Origin: Octopus sinensis
Taxonomy: Eukaryota
Reading direction: 5' to 3'
Length of the DNA: 64,000 nucleotides
NCBI RefSeq assembly: GCF_006345805.1
Contig: NC_043001.1
Location: 69,874,001-69,938,000 of the forward strand
Shown: positions 1-13,088 of the stretch, one piece after another
Layout: every line of letters begins with the position of its first letter
Position numbering within the stretch: position 1 is the first letter of the stretch
Program-made: the position numbers and the translations under genes
The notes under the pieces: model-generated
What the model was told of the DNA's origin: nothing
Seen by the model: the letters and a program-made list of their open reading frames with translations, nothing else
The model's database searches: none

Positions 1-910
1 AGATTTAGAAAATAATTTTTTGTAACTAAACACTTTCAAACTTCGGCCACTGGTAGAATGTGTCATATAAAACATCTTTTACTCTTAGCGTTTTTGAGAA
101 AAGTTTATACTTACTTTCTTGTGAAAGTTGTCGTATTCCGGTAATTTCAAGCAGTCAATGACGTGTATTCAGCTGAATAAAATTACTGCCGTTGTTTGTT
201 AACAACAACAATCGGTGGTTTATATTTCGTTTGTCACTGTTAGTTATGACCTCATTGTGCGTTTGTAATGGTTTTAGCTTCATGGTTTCAGGGTTAGGGT
301 TAGGGTTTTAGGGTTAGGGTTAGGGTTAGGATTTTAGGGTTAGAGTTTTGGAGGTTAGGGTTTCAGGGTTAGGGCTAGGCTCAAGGTTTTAGGTTTAGGG
401 TTAGGGTTGGAGTTTTATCGTTAGAGTTGCGGAAAAAATTTTAAATGACGAAATTGGCGGGGAAGGGGTAGGGCGACCAAAAAGTCTTTCCGAAAATAGT
501 AGCTGAAAAACAGGAAAAAGAGCTAAAGACAGTAGAAATGCATGAACGATTATGGTGCTGCCATGAAGTAAACATGCTTCAGATACACTTGTTTATTCAT
601 ACAAACGTAACTGAGATGAAGTGTATCATAAATAACAGTGACAAACAAAATATACACCGCTGGAAGTTGTTGCTGACAAACAACAGCAGTAATTGTATTC
701 AGTTGAATACATGTCATTGATTGGTTGAAATTACCGAAATATGACAACTTTAACACGGAATAACTTCGTAAATGTGAAATTTTCTCAAAAACGATAAGAG
801 TAAAAGATGTTTTATATGACACATTCTAGGAGTATACGAAGTTTGAAAGTGTTTAGTTACAAAAATTATTTTCTAAATCCGTCAGTCAAAGATCTGTCAG
901 GTAAAGATCC
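1..910. mobile_element. Foldback/MITE-like element with long (~250-280 bp) terminal inverted repeats; left end runs off the window
   Basis: 1-~250 (AGATTTAGAAAATAATTTTTTGTAACTAAACACTTTCAAACTTCG...) is the reverse complement of ~620-880 (...CGAAGTTTGAAAGTGTTTAGTTACAAAAATTATTTTCTAAATC); right arm probably extends to AAAGATCC at 910, followed by (AT)n. Confidence 0.8.
285..426 (+). repeat. Degenerate telomere-like (TTAGGG)n tract
   Basis: GGGTTAGGGTTAGGGTTTTAGGGTTAGGGTTAGGGTTAGG... with TTTAGGG and TTAGAG variants. Confidence 0.9.
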
Positions 911-976
911 ATATATATATATATATATATATACACGTGTGTGTGTGTGTGTTTTTGTATGTATGTGTAATGTACA

Positions 977-1154
977 CTCTTTTACTTGTTTCAGTCATTT
1001 GACTGCGGCCATGCTGGAGCACCGCCTTTAGTCGAGCAAATCGACCCCGGGACTTATTCTTTGTAAGCCCAGGACTTATTCTATCGGTCTCTTTTGCCGA
1101 ACCGCTAAGTGACACACCAGCATGCTAGGGGGACAAACACAGACACACAAACAT

Positions 1155-1189
<35 letters not shown>

Positions 1190-1345
1190 CATATATACGA
1201 CAGGCTTCTTTCAGTTTCCGTCTACCAAATCCACTCACCGGGGCTATAGCAGAAGACACTTGCCCAAGATGCCACGCAGTGGGACTGAACCCGGAACCAT
1301 GTGGTAGGTAAGCAAGCTACTTACCACACAGCCACTCCTGTGCCT
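977..1345 (-). mobile_element. tRNA-derived octopus-type SINE with internal (TA)/(TG) tract
   Basis: Reverse complement begins AGGCACAGGAGTGGCTGTGTGGTAAG...GGTTCCGGGTTCAGTCCC (A/B box-like) and ends ...CAAATGACTGAAACAAGTAAAAGAG; closely matches copies at 5307 and 22637. Confidence 0.9.
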
Positions 1346-1969
1346 ATGTATATTGACTTAAAACAATTTAAGTCATATGAACTAAAATACTAATAATTTT
1401 AACAAAAGATTGATAGTAAACACTAAAATAAAACATAACGTTGTATTAAATTAGTGTAATTTACAAAACCAACTTCATTGCAAAATTAACATTGGCTTTT
1501 ATCAAAGTTTATAATAATTTTCATATCAATACTAAATATTGATTTCATATGTTATGGTCGCAAATTTTATATATTTATGTAAGAAAAAAAAATCTTTCAA
1601 AATACAATAAACTTGCGTTAGTGTTTGTAAGCATTTTACAATACAGATCACAAAAACTGCGGCGGTGAGACAGACGCGATTTGCAGTACATTTATTATTG
1701 TTTGCGACAATTGAAATTCTGTTGATTATTCGAAAACCATGCAATTTTTATGTGGCAGAGAAATACTTTCATGAAATTAGAGTGACGAGAAATCTTTGTC
1801 GTTTTATCGACTTAAATCACTGTAATATTGAATAAGACATTAAGTTAAAATTTTAAATGCCAATCAAGTCAATGGAGTTAACTTTTACTTTAATTCTTAT
1901 ATAGATTTGTATCATCAGTAATTAAGAAACCAGTGCTGTTAACTTACCCAATTTAAATATTGAATATCA

Positions 1970-2003
<34 letters not shown>

Positions 2004-2066
2004 TAATAATAATAATAATAATAATAATATAATGATAATAATAATAATGATAATAATAATAATGAT
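1970..2066. repeat. (AAT)n microsatellite
   Basis: Direct reading. Confidence 0.95.
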
Positions 2067-2273
2067 TTCAAATTTTTTCCACATGGGGAGCTAGGTGGAG
2101 GGGATTAAGTTGATTACATCGACTCTAGTGGGTAACTGGTACTTATTTATCGACTCCAAAAAGATGAAAGGCGAAGTCGACATCAGCAGAATTTGATCTC
2201 AGAACGAAGCGACGGGCGATATACCGTTTAGCATAACGGCCGGCGCGCTAATCATTCTGCCAGCTCGACGCCT
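2067..2273 (-). mobile_element. Second tRNA-derived SINE family with (ATT)n tail
   Basis: Reverse complement AAGGCGTCGAGCTGGCAGAATGATTAGC...GTTCTGAGATCAAATTC...GTCGACTTCGCCTTTCATC...; tail merges into the AAT array. Confidence 0.75.
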
Positions 2274-2311
2274 TAATAATAATAATAATACTAATGATGA
2301 TGATGATGATA

Positions 2312-2345
<34 letters not shown>

Positions 2346-2370
2346 CGATGATGATGAGGATTATGATGAC

Positions 2371-2414
<44 letters not shown>

Positions 2415-2445
2415 CGATGATGATGATGATTATGATTATGATGAC

Positions 2446-2499
<54 letters not shown>

Positions 2500-2537
2500 A
2501 ATGATGATGACGATGATGGTGCTGATGATGATGATGG
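2274..2537. repeat. (AAT)n/(GAT)n microsatellite
   Basis: Direct reading; source of the poly-Met/poly-Ile ORFs. Confidence 0.95.
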
Positions 2538-3048
2538 TGAATGCCCTGATGCAGTAACAGGCAGTGGTTCTCATGGCTTTTGATCTTAACTGATTATAAG
2601 TGTTGTCCATGCATATTTGATTTTGCTAAATCTGTGAGTTGATCTTATTTTATTGTAGTACTATTCCGAAATTGATCTTCTGAGAAGTTTTATATAGCTA
2701 CTGAGAAGTGATATATGTCGTTGGTCTTGACAATTTCGATTCAGTCTTTCGATGAACTAAATTACCTGATCTTTGAATCACTGTGCAGGCGGTTGAAAAT
2801 TACAAAAGATATGTACTTTTAACTTAATTCTCAAGTAGAATCAGCGTGACACATTTTTTGACAATTCTGCTTTTGAATAATACGTACCATGTGACAGTTT
2901 TCTAAACATTTTTTACCTACCCAATTTCACTTACAAATGATGGGTCAATTCGACTTTATTGAATATTGCATTTGCCCAATAAAACACAACGTGGAATGGA
3001 ACCCAATAACTCGTTGTTTGTGAAGTAAATTTCTTAACCGTTCAATAA

Positions 3049-4352
3049 TGCGAGGTGCTATCAAACAGTTCTTGGACTAGTTATTTTTAAGAAAAAAGAG
3101 TAACTTATTTACCTAAGTTTTAACATCATCGACAGCGCAGCAATACACCGATCACAGCCTATCTGCCACTTTTGGAATCCGGCCTGGAGATCGATTTCCG
3201 TAAATGAATCACGGACCTTCTACGATTCGTTCTGTATCTCGACAACGGTGTTAAAACGCTGACCCTTGAGCTGTCTCTCATCTTGGGGAGGAGATGGAAG
3301 TCTGAAGGTCCTAAATCAGATGAATAGGGCGGGTGCGGTAGCGATACAACTTTGTTTTTGTCGAGAAACTCACGAGGGAGGAGAACGCAGTGACAGGGTG
3401 CATCGAAGCCGTGAGGATCCCAAACTTTTCGCGCTCCACTGAACCGGCCGCTTTCGCCGACTGTCCCCACCGAAACACTTCAAAACGTCGCTATGGAACT
3501 CTCGATTGACGGTCTGTCCCTGGGAGATGAATGCTCGGTGCATAATACCGAGGATATCGCTAAAAAATGATAGGCATTCTGTTGATTGAGCTACGGCTCT
3601 GTCGTTACTATTTGTTAGTGGAGATGGGGGGGTCTTTTCCATTGCGAAGACTACTGCTTCGTCAGAGGATCGTACCCGTAGACCCAACTCTCGTCACAGG
3701 TGATGATCCTCGACATGAAGGATGAGTCATCAGCTGTATGCTAACGGATATCTTGGCAGACTGTGAAGCGATGTTCTTTCTGATCAGTGGTCAGCAGGAG
3801 GGGGTGAAACTTGACAGAAACATGCTGCATGTTCAATTCAGATGTTAAGATCGCCTGCACAGTCCCATACGACAAACACACAACATCAGCAATGTCGTTG
3901 ATTGTCCGCCGACGATCCTCATGTACAAGCTTTTATACACGTTTCCGAGAGTGACGCTCGTGTCTAGTCTTCCAGATTTCTCATCGTCTTCTAGGGATGT
4001 TCTTCTGTTTTGAAGCGCTTGTGCCACTAGAAACATTGCGTACGGCCCATTGTCTGGCAGCGGTAAGCTTGCCGAAGCATGCTCAATATCTCACAGACTT
4101 CCCGAGTTTAACGCAAAATTTCACCATGGTCCTTTCTTTTATTTTCCTGTCTATAACAACATACACGTGACCTCAACATACACGTGATCACAAGACCACA
4201 AATTTCAAAACATCCGAAGTAAAAACAGCGATGACACTCGGCAGGCTGCCTCATGAAAGATACTGCTAGCTCTCAATGAGCATGGAACCCTGTGCTGCTA
4301 TCTGTTGGTACGCTACAGAACTAGTCAGAGAACTTTTTGATAACGTCTTGTA
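3049..4352 (-). mobile_element. Degenerate mariner DNA transposon
   Basis: TIRs TGCGAGGTGCTATCAAACAGTTCTTGGACTAG / CTAGTCAGAGAACTTTTTGATAACGTCTTGTA; broken frames give LPHPPYSSDLGPSDF (YSPDLAP-like motif), QGQTVNREFHSDVL..RRKRP and TSLEDDEKSGR. Confidence 0.9.
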
Positions 4353-4634
4353 GAAGGTATATGGCAGAATTTTAGCTTTTATCATGTTTCCTTTTATTTG
4401 TTTCAGTCCCTAGGCAACGGTTGTGCTGGAGGACAGCTTTAAATAATTGATGAGACAAACCGACACCAGTATTTATTTTATTTTCTGACAAGTAGTTATT
4501 GGTTCTGTGCCTTTCGCCGAACCGCTAAAGAACGAATCGAAAACAACCAACAGCGTATGTCAAGCGATTGTTTGGATGAATGAAGACACACAAACACACG
4601 CACGCGCACATATATTTAAATATACATACACATA

Positions 4635-4760
4635 TGTGTGGTAGGAAGCTTGTTTCCCAACTACACGATCCCGCATGCAGTCGCACTGTGTGGCAACTTA
4701 AGCAAGTGTCATTTACTATTGTGAGTGGATTTGGTGGACGGAAACTGAAAAAAATCTGTC

Positions 4761-4838
<78 letters not shown>

Positions 4839-5140
4839 GTGTATGTGCGTTTGTGTATGTATGTATGTATGCATGTATGTATATATATATATGTGTGCGT
4901 GTGTGTGTATGAGTTTGTATGTGCGTGTATGTATATATATATGAGTATGCCTGTGTTTGTCTTCCCACCATCGCTTGAGAACCAGTGTTGGTGTGTTTAC
5001 ATCCCGTAACTTAACGGTTTGGAAAAGAGACCGAGAGAATAAGTATGATGCATGGAAAGAATAAGTCCTGGGGTCGATTTCTTCAATTGGTGGTGCCACA
5101 TCATGGCCGCAATCAAATGACTGAAAAAAAAAGAATAAAG
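4635..5140 (+). mobile_element. Degenerate octopus-type SINE with expanded internal microsatellite
   Basis: TGTGTGGTAGGAAGCTT...GTGAGTGGATTTGGTGGACGGAAACTGAAA-(TA)n(TG)n-...CATGGCCGCAATCAAATGACTGAAA. Confidence 0.75.
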
Positions 5141-5306
5141 AAATTCATTCCACGTATTTTCCAGCTCTCAGATTCAAATTCACTTACAATGTATTGATGT
5201 ATCGATGTATTGATCGGTCACAGAGTACCGAGCTGTGCAGTGGGTTTGAACCCCAAACCGTGTCATTAAAATCTAGTTTCTTCAACGATTTTTGTTCTCT
5301 ATGTAA

Positions 5307-5470
5307 AGGCGCAGGAGTGGCTGTGTGGTAAGTAGCTTGCTAACCAACCACATGATTCCGGGTTCAGTCTCACTGCGTGGCATCTTGGGCAAGTGTCTTC
5401 TGCTATAGCCGCGGGCCGACCAAAGCCTTGTGAGTGGATTTGGTAGACGGAAACTGAAAGAAGCCTGTCG

Positions 5471-5501
<31 letters not shown>

Positions 5502-5700
5502 GTGTGTGTGTGTTTGTGTGTCTGTGTTTGTCCCCCCAGCATTGCTTGACAACCGATGCTGGTGTGTTTACTTCCCTGTTACTTAGCGGTTCGGCAAAAG
5601 AGACCGATAGAATAAGTCCCGGGGTCGATTTGCTATACTAAAGGCGGTGCTCCAGCATGGCCGCAGTCAAATGACTGAAACAAGTAAAAGAGTAAAGAGT
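5307..5700 (+). mobile_element. Young full-length octopus-type tRNA SINE
   Basis: AGGCGCAGGAGTGGCTGTGTGGTAAG...CCGGGTTCAGTCTC...; tail GAAACAAGTAAAAGAGTAAAGAGT. Confidence 0.9.
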
Positions 5701-5787
5701 ATATATATACACACATACACACATACATACTCACACTCACGCACACACGCGCACACACACACACACACCACACACACACACACACAC

Positions 5788-5831
<44 letters not shown>

Positions 5832-6108
5832 CATATATGTCTTACCGAGATTCCTAATTATAAGAAGCGTCAGACAAAACTGGAGTATCGCCTGCAGTGT
5901 CGAGGTGTCCCATATTATTTTATGTCGCCTATTCTACATAGCAAACAATTCAATTAATTAGGATGTGGTATTTTCATTTTTTTATCTTATTTTCTATATA
6001 CCAACGTAGGTTTATTGTGGTATCAATGAACTTGTTGATTCATTAATGCCGAGTAAGTGGTTTTAAAAATGAGCAGACATACACTGCATATATATGCTAT
6101 TACGTACA

Positions 6109-6149
<41 letters not shown>

Positions 6150-6185
<36 letters not shown>

Positions 6186-7821
6186 AAATACATATACATA
6201 CATATGTGTGCGTGATATTATGTCGCGAAAAAGGAGAGATAGAGAGAGAGAGAAACAGGGGGAGAAAAAGAGAGAACACTTACACACACACGTACAATCA
6301 ATAGTTTGAGATATGTATCTAGTGATATTTAAACGACCACTACAAATATAAATTCTTTATATATATAATGTAAATGGTTTAATTTTAGTCGTCAATATAT
6401 TTACCCTAATGTAATGGAAACATCGTGTTCATTGCCTCGGAAGAAGTCGAAATTAGAGAATAAGTTTTCATTAAAGCAACTTCTAAATTTAACGAGGTGG
6501 ATAACAGCCCTGTTTTCGGAGTGCTCACAGAGGAATTCATCAGTTGATTGATCTGTTCAAACAAATAATTATAGCTCGAATAAGACATGTGCGAGAATGT
6601 ACGTCAAAGAGACGCCTCGTAATTGCATTGATCCTGCTATGAAATTAATGTTCATAGATATGCAAAGACACAAACACAAGCAAACAAACTTACATACAAA
6701 CTCATATCTCAGCGTGTTTGCGCGCGCGCGCGTGTATGTGTGTGTTGGGGGAGAGAGTGAGAAACTGTGTGTGTAATTAGCGAAGCTTTACAAAACAGCA
6801 GTAAAATCAGATACGTACTATATATTTACAGGTGTGTGACTTCCACAAAATTACGTTTTTATCAACACATCTGCTTAATACATTCTGGTTAAAAATTAAT
6901 TAGAAAAAAAAATTACCGTGTATTTCTACTTCCCATATTTTTGTGATATACTTCCATTAATCAACGAATTTTCCCTGACAATTATGTACTTTTATGAAAA
7001 TTAAACAAACTAATTTAGTTGTGAGCAGACTATAAATACCTTTCTCTGTACCATAATAGCCGGGATACTTATCATTTGATCGGTTGGTTGGTTGGTTGGT
7101 TGGTTGGTTGATGGTTATCCAGTTACACTTCACATCTCAAGAAGTGCAAGTACATTAAAGAAGAGATACAAATGGAAGCAACATATGAAATACAGGCCGA
7201 GTGTGCATTCGACACTTGCTGACAGGTAATGATTAAAGTGACACAAGCACGTTGAGAGGAAAATATTACACATGATGAAGAAGACATGGTGGAATAAATG
7301 ACTAAGTAGTTATGGGCGACGCTGCACAAATCAGAAATTTGTTTTATATATTATTTTGTTGTAATACATATTTTACTTTAGTAAATTAGTATTCTTTCAT
7401 CATTTCTTTATAAGCACTAGACAATTGTTTGAAGTAAAATTATAATAATGCCACATATCTTAATATTGTTAGTGGTGGTGAAAGTATAGTTTCAAAGTTA
7501 CTGTTGTATTAGGGGTAACAATATATGCCAATAAGTATATGCAGATAATATTTCCCAAGTATCCACGATTGAATAAAAGTGCTACAAAACACTGCAACCA
7601 TTGGAACGAAATGCATTTTTTTCCAGACAAAATAATGAAAATTGAACTTTAGCAATTGTATCTTTTCTGACATTGATATCGCATTCATGACTATAGCAAA
7701 ACCAAAGACGTTTCAATTTAACTTACATAACAATTTAACTAATCCTATCAGATGGTACTATTAAGTTACATGGCCTGGACCGATCCTTGGTCGAAACACA
7801 TATAAGTAATCTGAGTTATAT

Positions 7822-7852
<31 letters not shown>

Positions 7853-9485
7853 CCAAATACATATACATACATATGTGTGCGTGATATTATGTCGCGAAAA
7901 AGGAGAGATAGAGAGAGAGAGAAACAGGGGGAGAAAAAGAGAGAACACTTACACACACACGTACAATCAATAGTTTGAGATATGTATCTAGTGATATTTA
8001 AACGACCACTACAAATATAAATTCTTTATATATATAATGTAAATGGTTTAATTTTAGTCGTCAATATATTTACCCTAATGTAATGGAAACATCGTGTTCA
8101 TTGCCTCGGAAGAAGTCGAAATTAGAGAATAAGTTTTCATTAAAGCAACTTCTAAATTTAACGAGGTGGATAACAGCCCTGTTTTCGGAGTGCTCACAGA
8201 GGAATTCATCAGTTGATTGATCTGTTCAAACAAATAATTATAGCTCGAATAAGACATGTGCGAGAATGTACGTCAAAGAGACGCCTCGTAATTGCATTGA
8301 TCCTGCTATGAAATTAATGTTCATAGATATGCAAAGACACAAACACAAGCAAACAAACTTACATACAAACTCATATCTCAGCGTGTTTGCGCGCGCGCGC
8401 GTGTATGTGTGTGTTGGGGGAGAGAGTGAGAAACTGTGTGTGTAATTAGCGAAGCTTTACAAAACAGCAGTAAAATCAGATACGTACTATATATTTACAG
8501 GTGTGTGACTTCCACAAAATTACGTTTTTATCAACACATCTGCTTAATACATTCTGGTTAAAAATTAATTAGAAAAAAAAATTACCGTGTATTTCTACTT
8601 CCCATATTTTTGTGATATACTTCCATTAATCAACGAATTTTCCCTGACAATTATGTACTTTTATGAAAATTAAACAAACTAATTTAGTTGTGAGCAGACT
8701 ATAAATACCTTTCTCTGTACCATAATAGCCGGGATACTTATCATTTGATCGGTTGGTTGGTTGGTTGGTTGGTTGGTTGATGGTTATCCAGTTACACTTC
8801 ACATCTCAAGAAGTGCAAGTACATTAAAGAAGAGATACAAATGGAAGCAACATATGAAATACAGGCCGAGTGTGCATTCGACACTTGCTGACAGGTAATG
8901 ATTAAAGTGACACAAGCACGTTGAGAGGAAAATATTACACATGATGAAGAAGACATGGTGGAATAAATGACTAAGTAGTTATGGGCGACGCTGCACAAAT
9001 CAGAAATTTGTTTTATATATTATTTTGTTGTAATACATATTTTACTTTAGTAAATTAGTATTCTTTCATCATTTCTTTATAAGCACTAGACAATTGTTTG
9101 AAGTAAAATTATAATAATGCCACATATCTTAATATTGTTAGTGGTGGTGAAAGTATAGTTTCAAAGTTACTGTTGTATTAGGGGTAACAATATATGCCAA
9201 TAAGTATATGCAGATAATATTTCCCAAGTATCCACGATTGAATAAAAGTGCTACAAAACACTGCAACCATTGGAACGAAATGCATTTTTTTCCAGACAAA
9301 ATAATGAAAATTGAACTTTAGCAATTGTATCTTTTCTGACATTGATATCGCATTCATGACTATAGCAAAACCAAAGACGTTTCAATTTAACTTACATAAC
9401 AATTTAACTAATCCTATCAGATGGTACTATTAAGTTAACATGGCCTGGACCGATCCTTGGTCGAAACACATATAAGTAATCTGAG

Positions 9486-9523
<38 letters not shown>
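6150..9523 (+). repeat. Near-perfect tandem duplication, period 1669 bp, bounded by (TA)n tracts
   Basis: ATCCAAATAC at 6182 and 7851; identical ORFs 6406/8075 and 7123/8792 offset by 1669; one visible 1-nt indel (AAGTTACATG vs AAGTTAACATG). Confidence 0.95.
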
Positions 9524-9527
<4 letters not shown>

Positions 9528-9528
9528 G

Positions 9529-9560
<32 letters not shown>

Positions 9561-9599
9561 CACATACGTACATATCTCTATTTATCAATCTATCTATTT

Positions 9600-10850
9600 G
9601 TGAACGGTGTTTGATGCTGCTTCTCTCGTCCCCACTTCCTGCTGCGAAATTAGCCAATCTGGGACCCTTAATATCCAGTTTAATCTTGAAGATATCTATA
9701 TTTAGAGCATATAGGCAATTCATTGTCGGGCGCGGGAATATTGAAGAGCCGTCGTCCTTTGAATCTCAAGTTTTTGCTGTATCTTCTCTAATTTGTTGCC
9801 AGGGTACTGATTTTAGGAACGATGCAGTAGCACCCTGCTCTAGCATTTGTATAACTTTCAACGCTAAAGTCCTTCCAGCCGTTCATTGCAGCATGTCTTT
9901 GCTACCTTAGTTCCAGGGAGTAAATTATTAGCCTCTAGAATCTCCCCTAGTAGCCAACTTGCAGCATTGAGTCTATCTTCGTATAGTTTACCTGGATTAC
10001 ATCTGGTTCTGCTATTAATTTCACAGTATAGTGACCATACATCAGAGCAATAGTGAAGACGGCTTAGAACAACATTTCTCCAGATGAACATAATGGTTTC
10101 CTATTCTCTTGTTCTGAATGGTCTCAAAATCTATCTGGTCAGCTACCTGCATTCCATTGCCTGTTTAATAACATGCGCATTGAAGGATACTTCATTACAC
10201 ATGTCAATGTCGAGATTACACAATGATTGCAATTATATAACTGTGATCCATCCAGGTCCGATGCATTGTGTCTGCTATGATTTGAATTTTGATTGATATA
10301 GAGCTTGGAATTTACCAGTGTTAAAGTGTCATGAGCCCAATGTCGTGAGCCCAATCCAATATTGTTACTAACTCGTGTTGCAGGTGCATGCCAACTTCGG
10401 GGTTTTGTATTAACTGTGAGATTTTTCTAACATCTACATATTATGAGAAGGTATCTCTCTGGGAGTGAAAGCATTTCTGAGAGGGCCACTATGAACAGCC
10501 ACAAGACAATGCCCAGTGGAACACCAATCACTACTTCAGTTCAGTTGTGCCTGACTTTAATCGTTTAAAATGTCGTGTAGCCACTCTCCAACTTTTATAT
10601 ATATACCAGTGTCACGCAGCTTGTGACATATCATCTGGTGATCAATTTACCGAAGGTTTTCGCAAAGTCGAACAATTGTGTGGTTTAGTAGTTTTTCCAA
10701 TACCCTGTTATTTTGTTGTAAAAGCTGTGTTAGAAAGCCTCTTCCTGGTCGGAAACATGGTGTGTATCAGTGACCAAAATATTTTCTTCAACGAAAGTGA
10801 TTTACAACGGAATATCCGTTCAATAACTATGCTGATATAAGAGTTTATAT
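9600..10850 (-). pseudogene. Decayed CR1/L2-type LINE reverse transcriptase, C-terminal half and 3' end
   Basis: Minus-strand broken frames: LDFAKTFGK (LDFxKAFD), VIGVPLGIVL (GVPQG), VLSRLHYCSDVWS, IFKIKLD. Confidence 0.7.
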
Positions 10851-11719
10851 ATAAATTATTAGCGACCAAAGCACAATTCTTAACAAAAGGCAATCTTTAT
10901 ATGCAACTTGTAATTGCTAGAAAACTGGATACTGCACTGGATACTGCACTATTTGTTAGCCTATTGAGAAGGCTATTAACGCAGTACTCGGTGCTCCAAC
11001 AATCGACTTTAAGCTGGATATATGTGTGTATGTGTGTGTATTTATATATATGTATGTATATATGTGTGTGTGTATGTGTGTGCACACTCACGCGCGCGCA
11101 CACACACATACATACACACCACGCATACGCCTGACTATTTCGCTAGGGTCGATCAACAAAAAAAAACGTACTCTATCCAGGCAGAGATAGATATCATTTA
11201 ATGTACACTGTATAAAGATACAGGCTACGAATAGTTTTTTTTTTCTACTGGAACACTCGTGTAGGCAATTCTTTATAACACGCCATCTAACACCAAAAGT
11301 ATCTATTTGCATCTCGTATTATGTCGAGCTATTCTGTATACATTAAGTGATATATGAGGATTAAAAGTGAATGATCAGTGACAAACGCATGGAAGTACAC
11401 TGAAATTCTGCAGGCAATGTAAACAGACATGGATGCATACACGTACATGTGTACGCACGGGCACGCACACACATACATTCATGCATATAGACAGAAAAGG
11501 CACGCATACAAGTATACATGCATACACAGAAAACAAGAACACACCCATTCATGAGGAGATATGTCAGCTGTTTATAGAGGGGTTTTACTCATTTGATTTG
11601 TAAACTCAATGATTTACATTTGTGGCTTTATTTCTTACAGCTACAAAGGCCAAGATCCTTTACAGTGCGTTTCATACGGTGAGACTAAGTGAAATATGTG
11701 TCCTCAAATAAGAGAATTG

Positions 11720-12302
11720 GTTTATGAGTTCAATAAAGGCAACAACGCAACGGAATGTGCGAGGAATATTAACGTAGTATATGGGGATCGGACAATAAGC
11801 GTACGCCAGTTTCAACGATAGTTCCAGAAATTCTGAGCCGGAAACTACAGCCTAGAAGACGGGCTTCGTCCTAGAAGATCTGTAGATTTCTACAAGGAGA
11901 TCCTGCAAACCCTGGTGGAAGAATATCCCATCGAAAAACACAGCGAATTGGGTCAATGGGTTCCTCACAAATTTTCCGAGTCTAATTGTCACGTCCCACG
12001 AATGAACATTTTTTGGACCGAATACTGACTGATAATGGAAAATAGTAACGATAAATGGGTTCTGTGAAGCACCGAAGACAGTGAGTTGAGAAAGGAGAAA
12101 CACCGGCAACCCAAGTTAAAGAAGGTCTTCATTCACATAAGTTGGTAGGATATTAAATGTTTAGTTCACTTAGAACTTTTAAACCCAAACCAACCGACAA
12201 CAAAAGAGATCTACTGCGAGCGGCATGTGGGGATTAAGTCAGCGCTAGAAGAAAAACGACCATCTTAGGTTTCAAGACGAAAGGTGCTCCTCCATCAGGA
12301 TA
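11720..12302 (+). pseudogene. Degenerate mariner transposase fragment
   Basis: LVYEFNKGNNATECARNINVVYGDRTISVRQ..F.AGNYSLED; later WDIKCLVHLELLNPNQ and SALEEKRPS..RRKVLLHQD. Confidence 0.8.
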
Positions 12303-12540
12303 TGTAGATGTAGGTACGTACATATGTATGTATGTATGCATATATTATATATTATTGTATGACTGAGCGCCCTCGCGTCGTTTCGTTTCGTTTCTTTCCT
12401 TTCGTTTCTTTCCAACACACAAGTGCAAACAAGGGAGTCAGAGAAAGGCAGAATGCCACTTATATCTGAACACTACTATAGAAATATTCCTTTAAAAAAA
12501 CTTTTCTTCTAATTTTTCTAAATTTAATTATTTAATCGTT

Positions 12541-12580
12541 ACATTTGAAAAGGTCTCAAAATGACCGAAACCGGTATCTG
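12541..12580 (+). ncRNA. Degenerate hammerhead ribozyme-like motif in a PLE tail
   Basis: TTGAAAA-GGTC..GACC-GAAA-CCGG-TA; stem II and palindromic stem III intact, core and stem I decayed. Confidence 0.35.
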
Positions 12581-12664
12581 AAATGTTCACTATAAAATTA
12601 TTTTAGCATTTTCTATTTTTGACTTGTTTTTTCATATATATATATATATATATATATATCAGGA

Positions 12665-12973
12665 AAGAACACTCCGTTGACTTCGGCGACGAGGGTCTCA
12701 CCTGATTCGATCAGCGAAAGAGCCTGCCCGTGAAATTAACGTGCAAGTACTCCACGGACACGAGTACCCTTAAACCAATTCTCAGGGCGATTCAGCGTGT
12801 CACAGATTGTGAGAGGGATAGCCCTTTGAAATACAGGTACAATTCATTTTTTGCCAGTTGAATGGACTGGAGCAATGTGAAATAAAGTGTCTTGCTCAAG
12901 GACACAATCCCGGAAATGAACCCACGATCACAAGATACTGAGCCGAATATCCCAACCACTAAGCCACGTGCCT
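12665..12973 (-). mobile_element. Third tRNA-derived SINE family
   Basis: Reverse complement AAGGCACGTGGCTTAGTGGTTGGG...GTGGGTTCATTTCCGGG..GTGTCCTTGAGCAAGACACTTT. Confidence 0.75.
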
Positions 12974-13006
12974 TTATTTATATGTATATGTAGGCGTGTG
13001 TGTATA

Positions 13007-13066
<60 letters not shown>

Positions 13067-13088
13067 AGTGCATATATATATGTACATA

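Noticed and set aside
285-426. True chromosome end or telomere
   Set aside because: Short, degenerate and enclosed by inverted arms of a dispersed element
2248-2610. Poly-Ile/poly-Met ORFs, and the many [16 protein letters not shown] ORFs across the window
   Set aside because: Translations of (GAT)n, (TA)n, (CA)n and (ATCT)n microsatellites
6500-6550. CTGATGA...GAAA on the minus strand in the duplicated unit
   Set aside because: No G-C closing pair for stem II and no stem I
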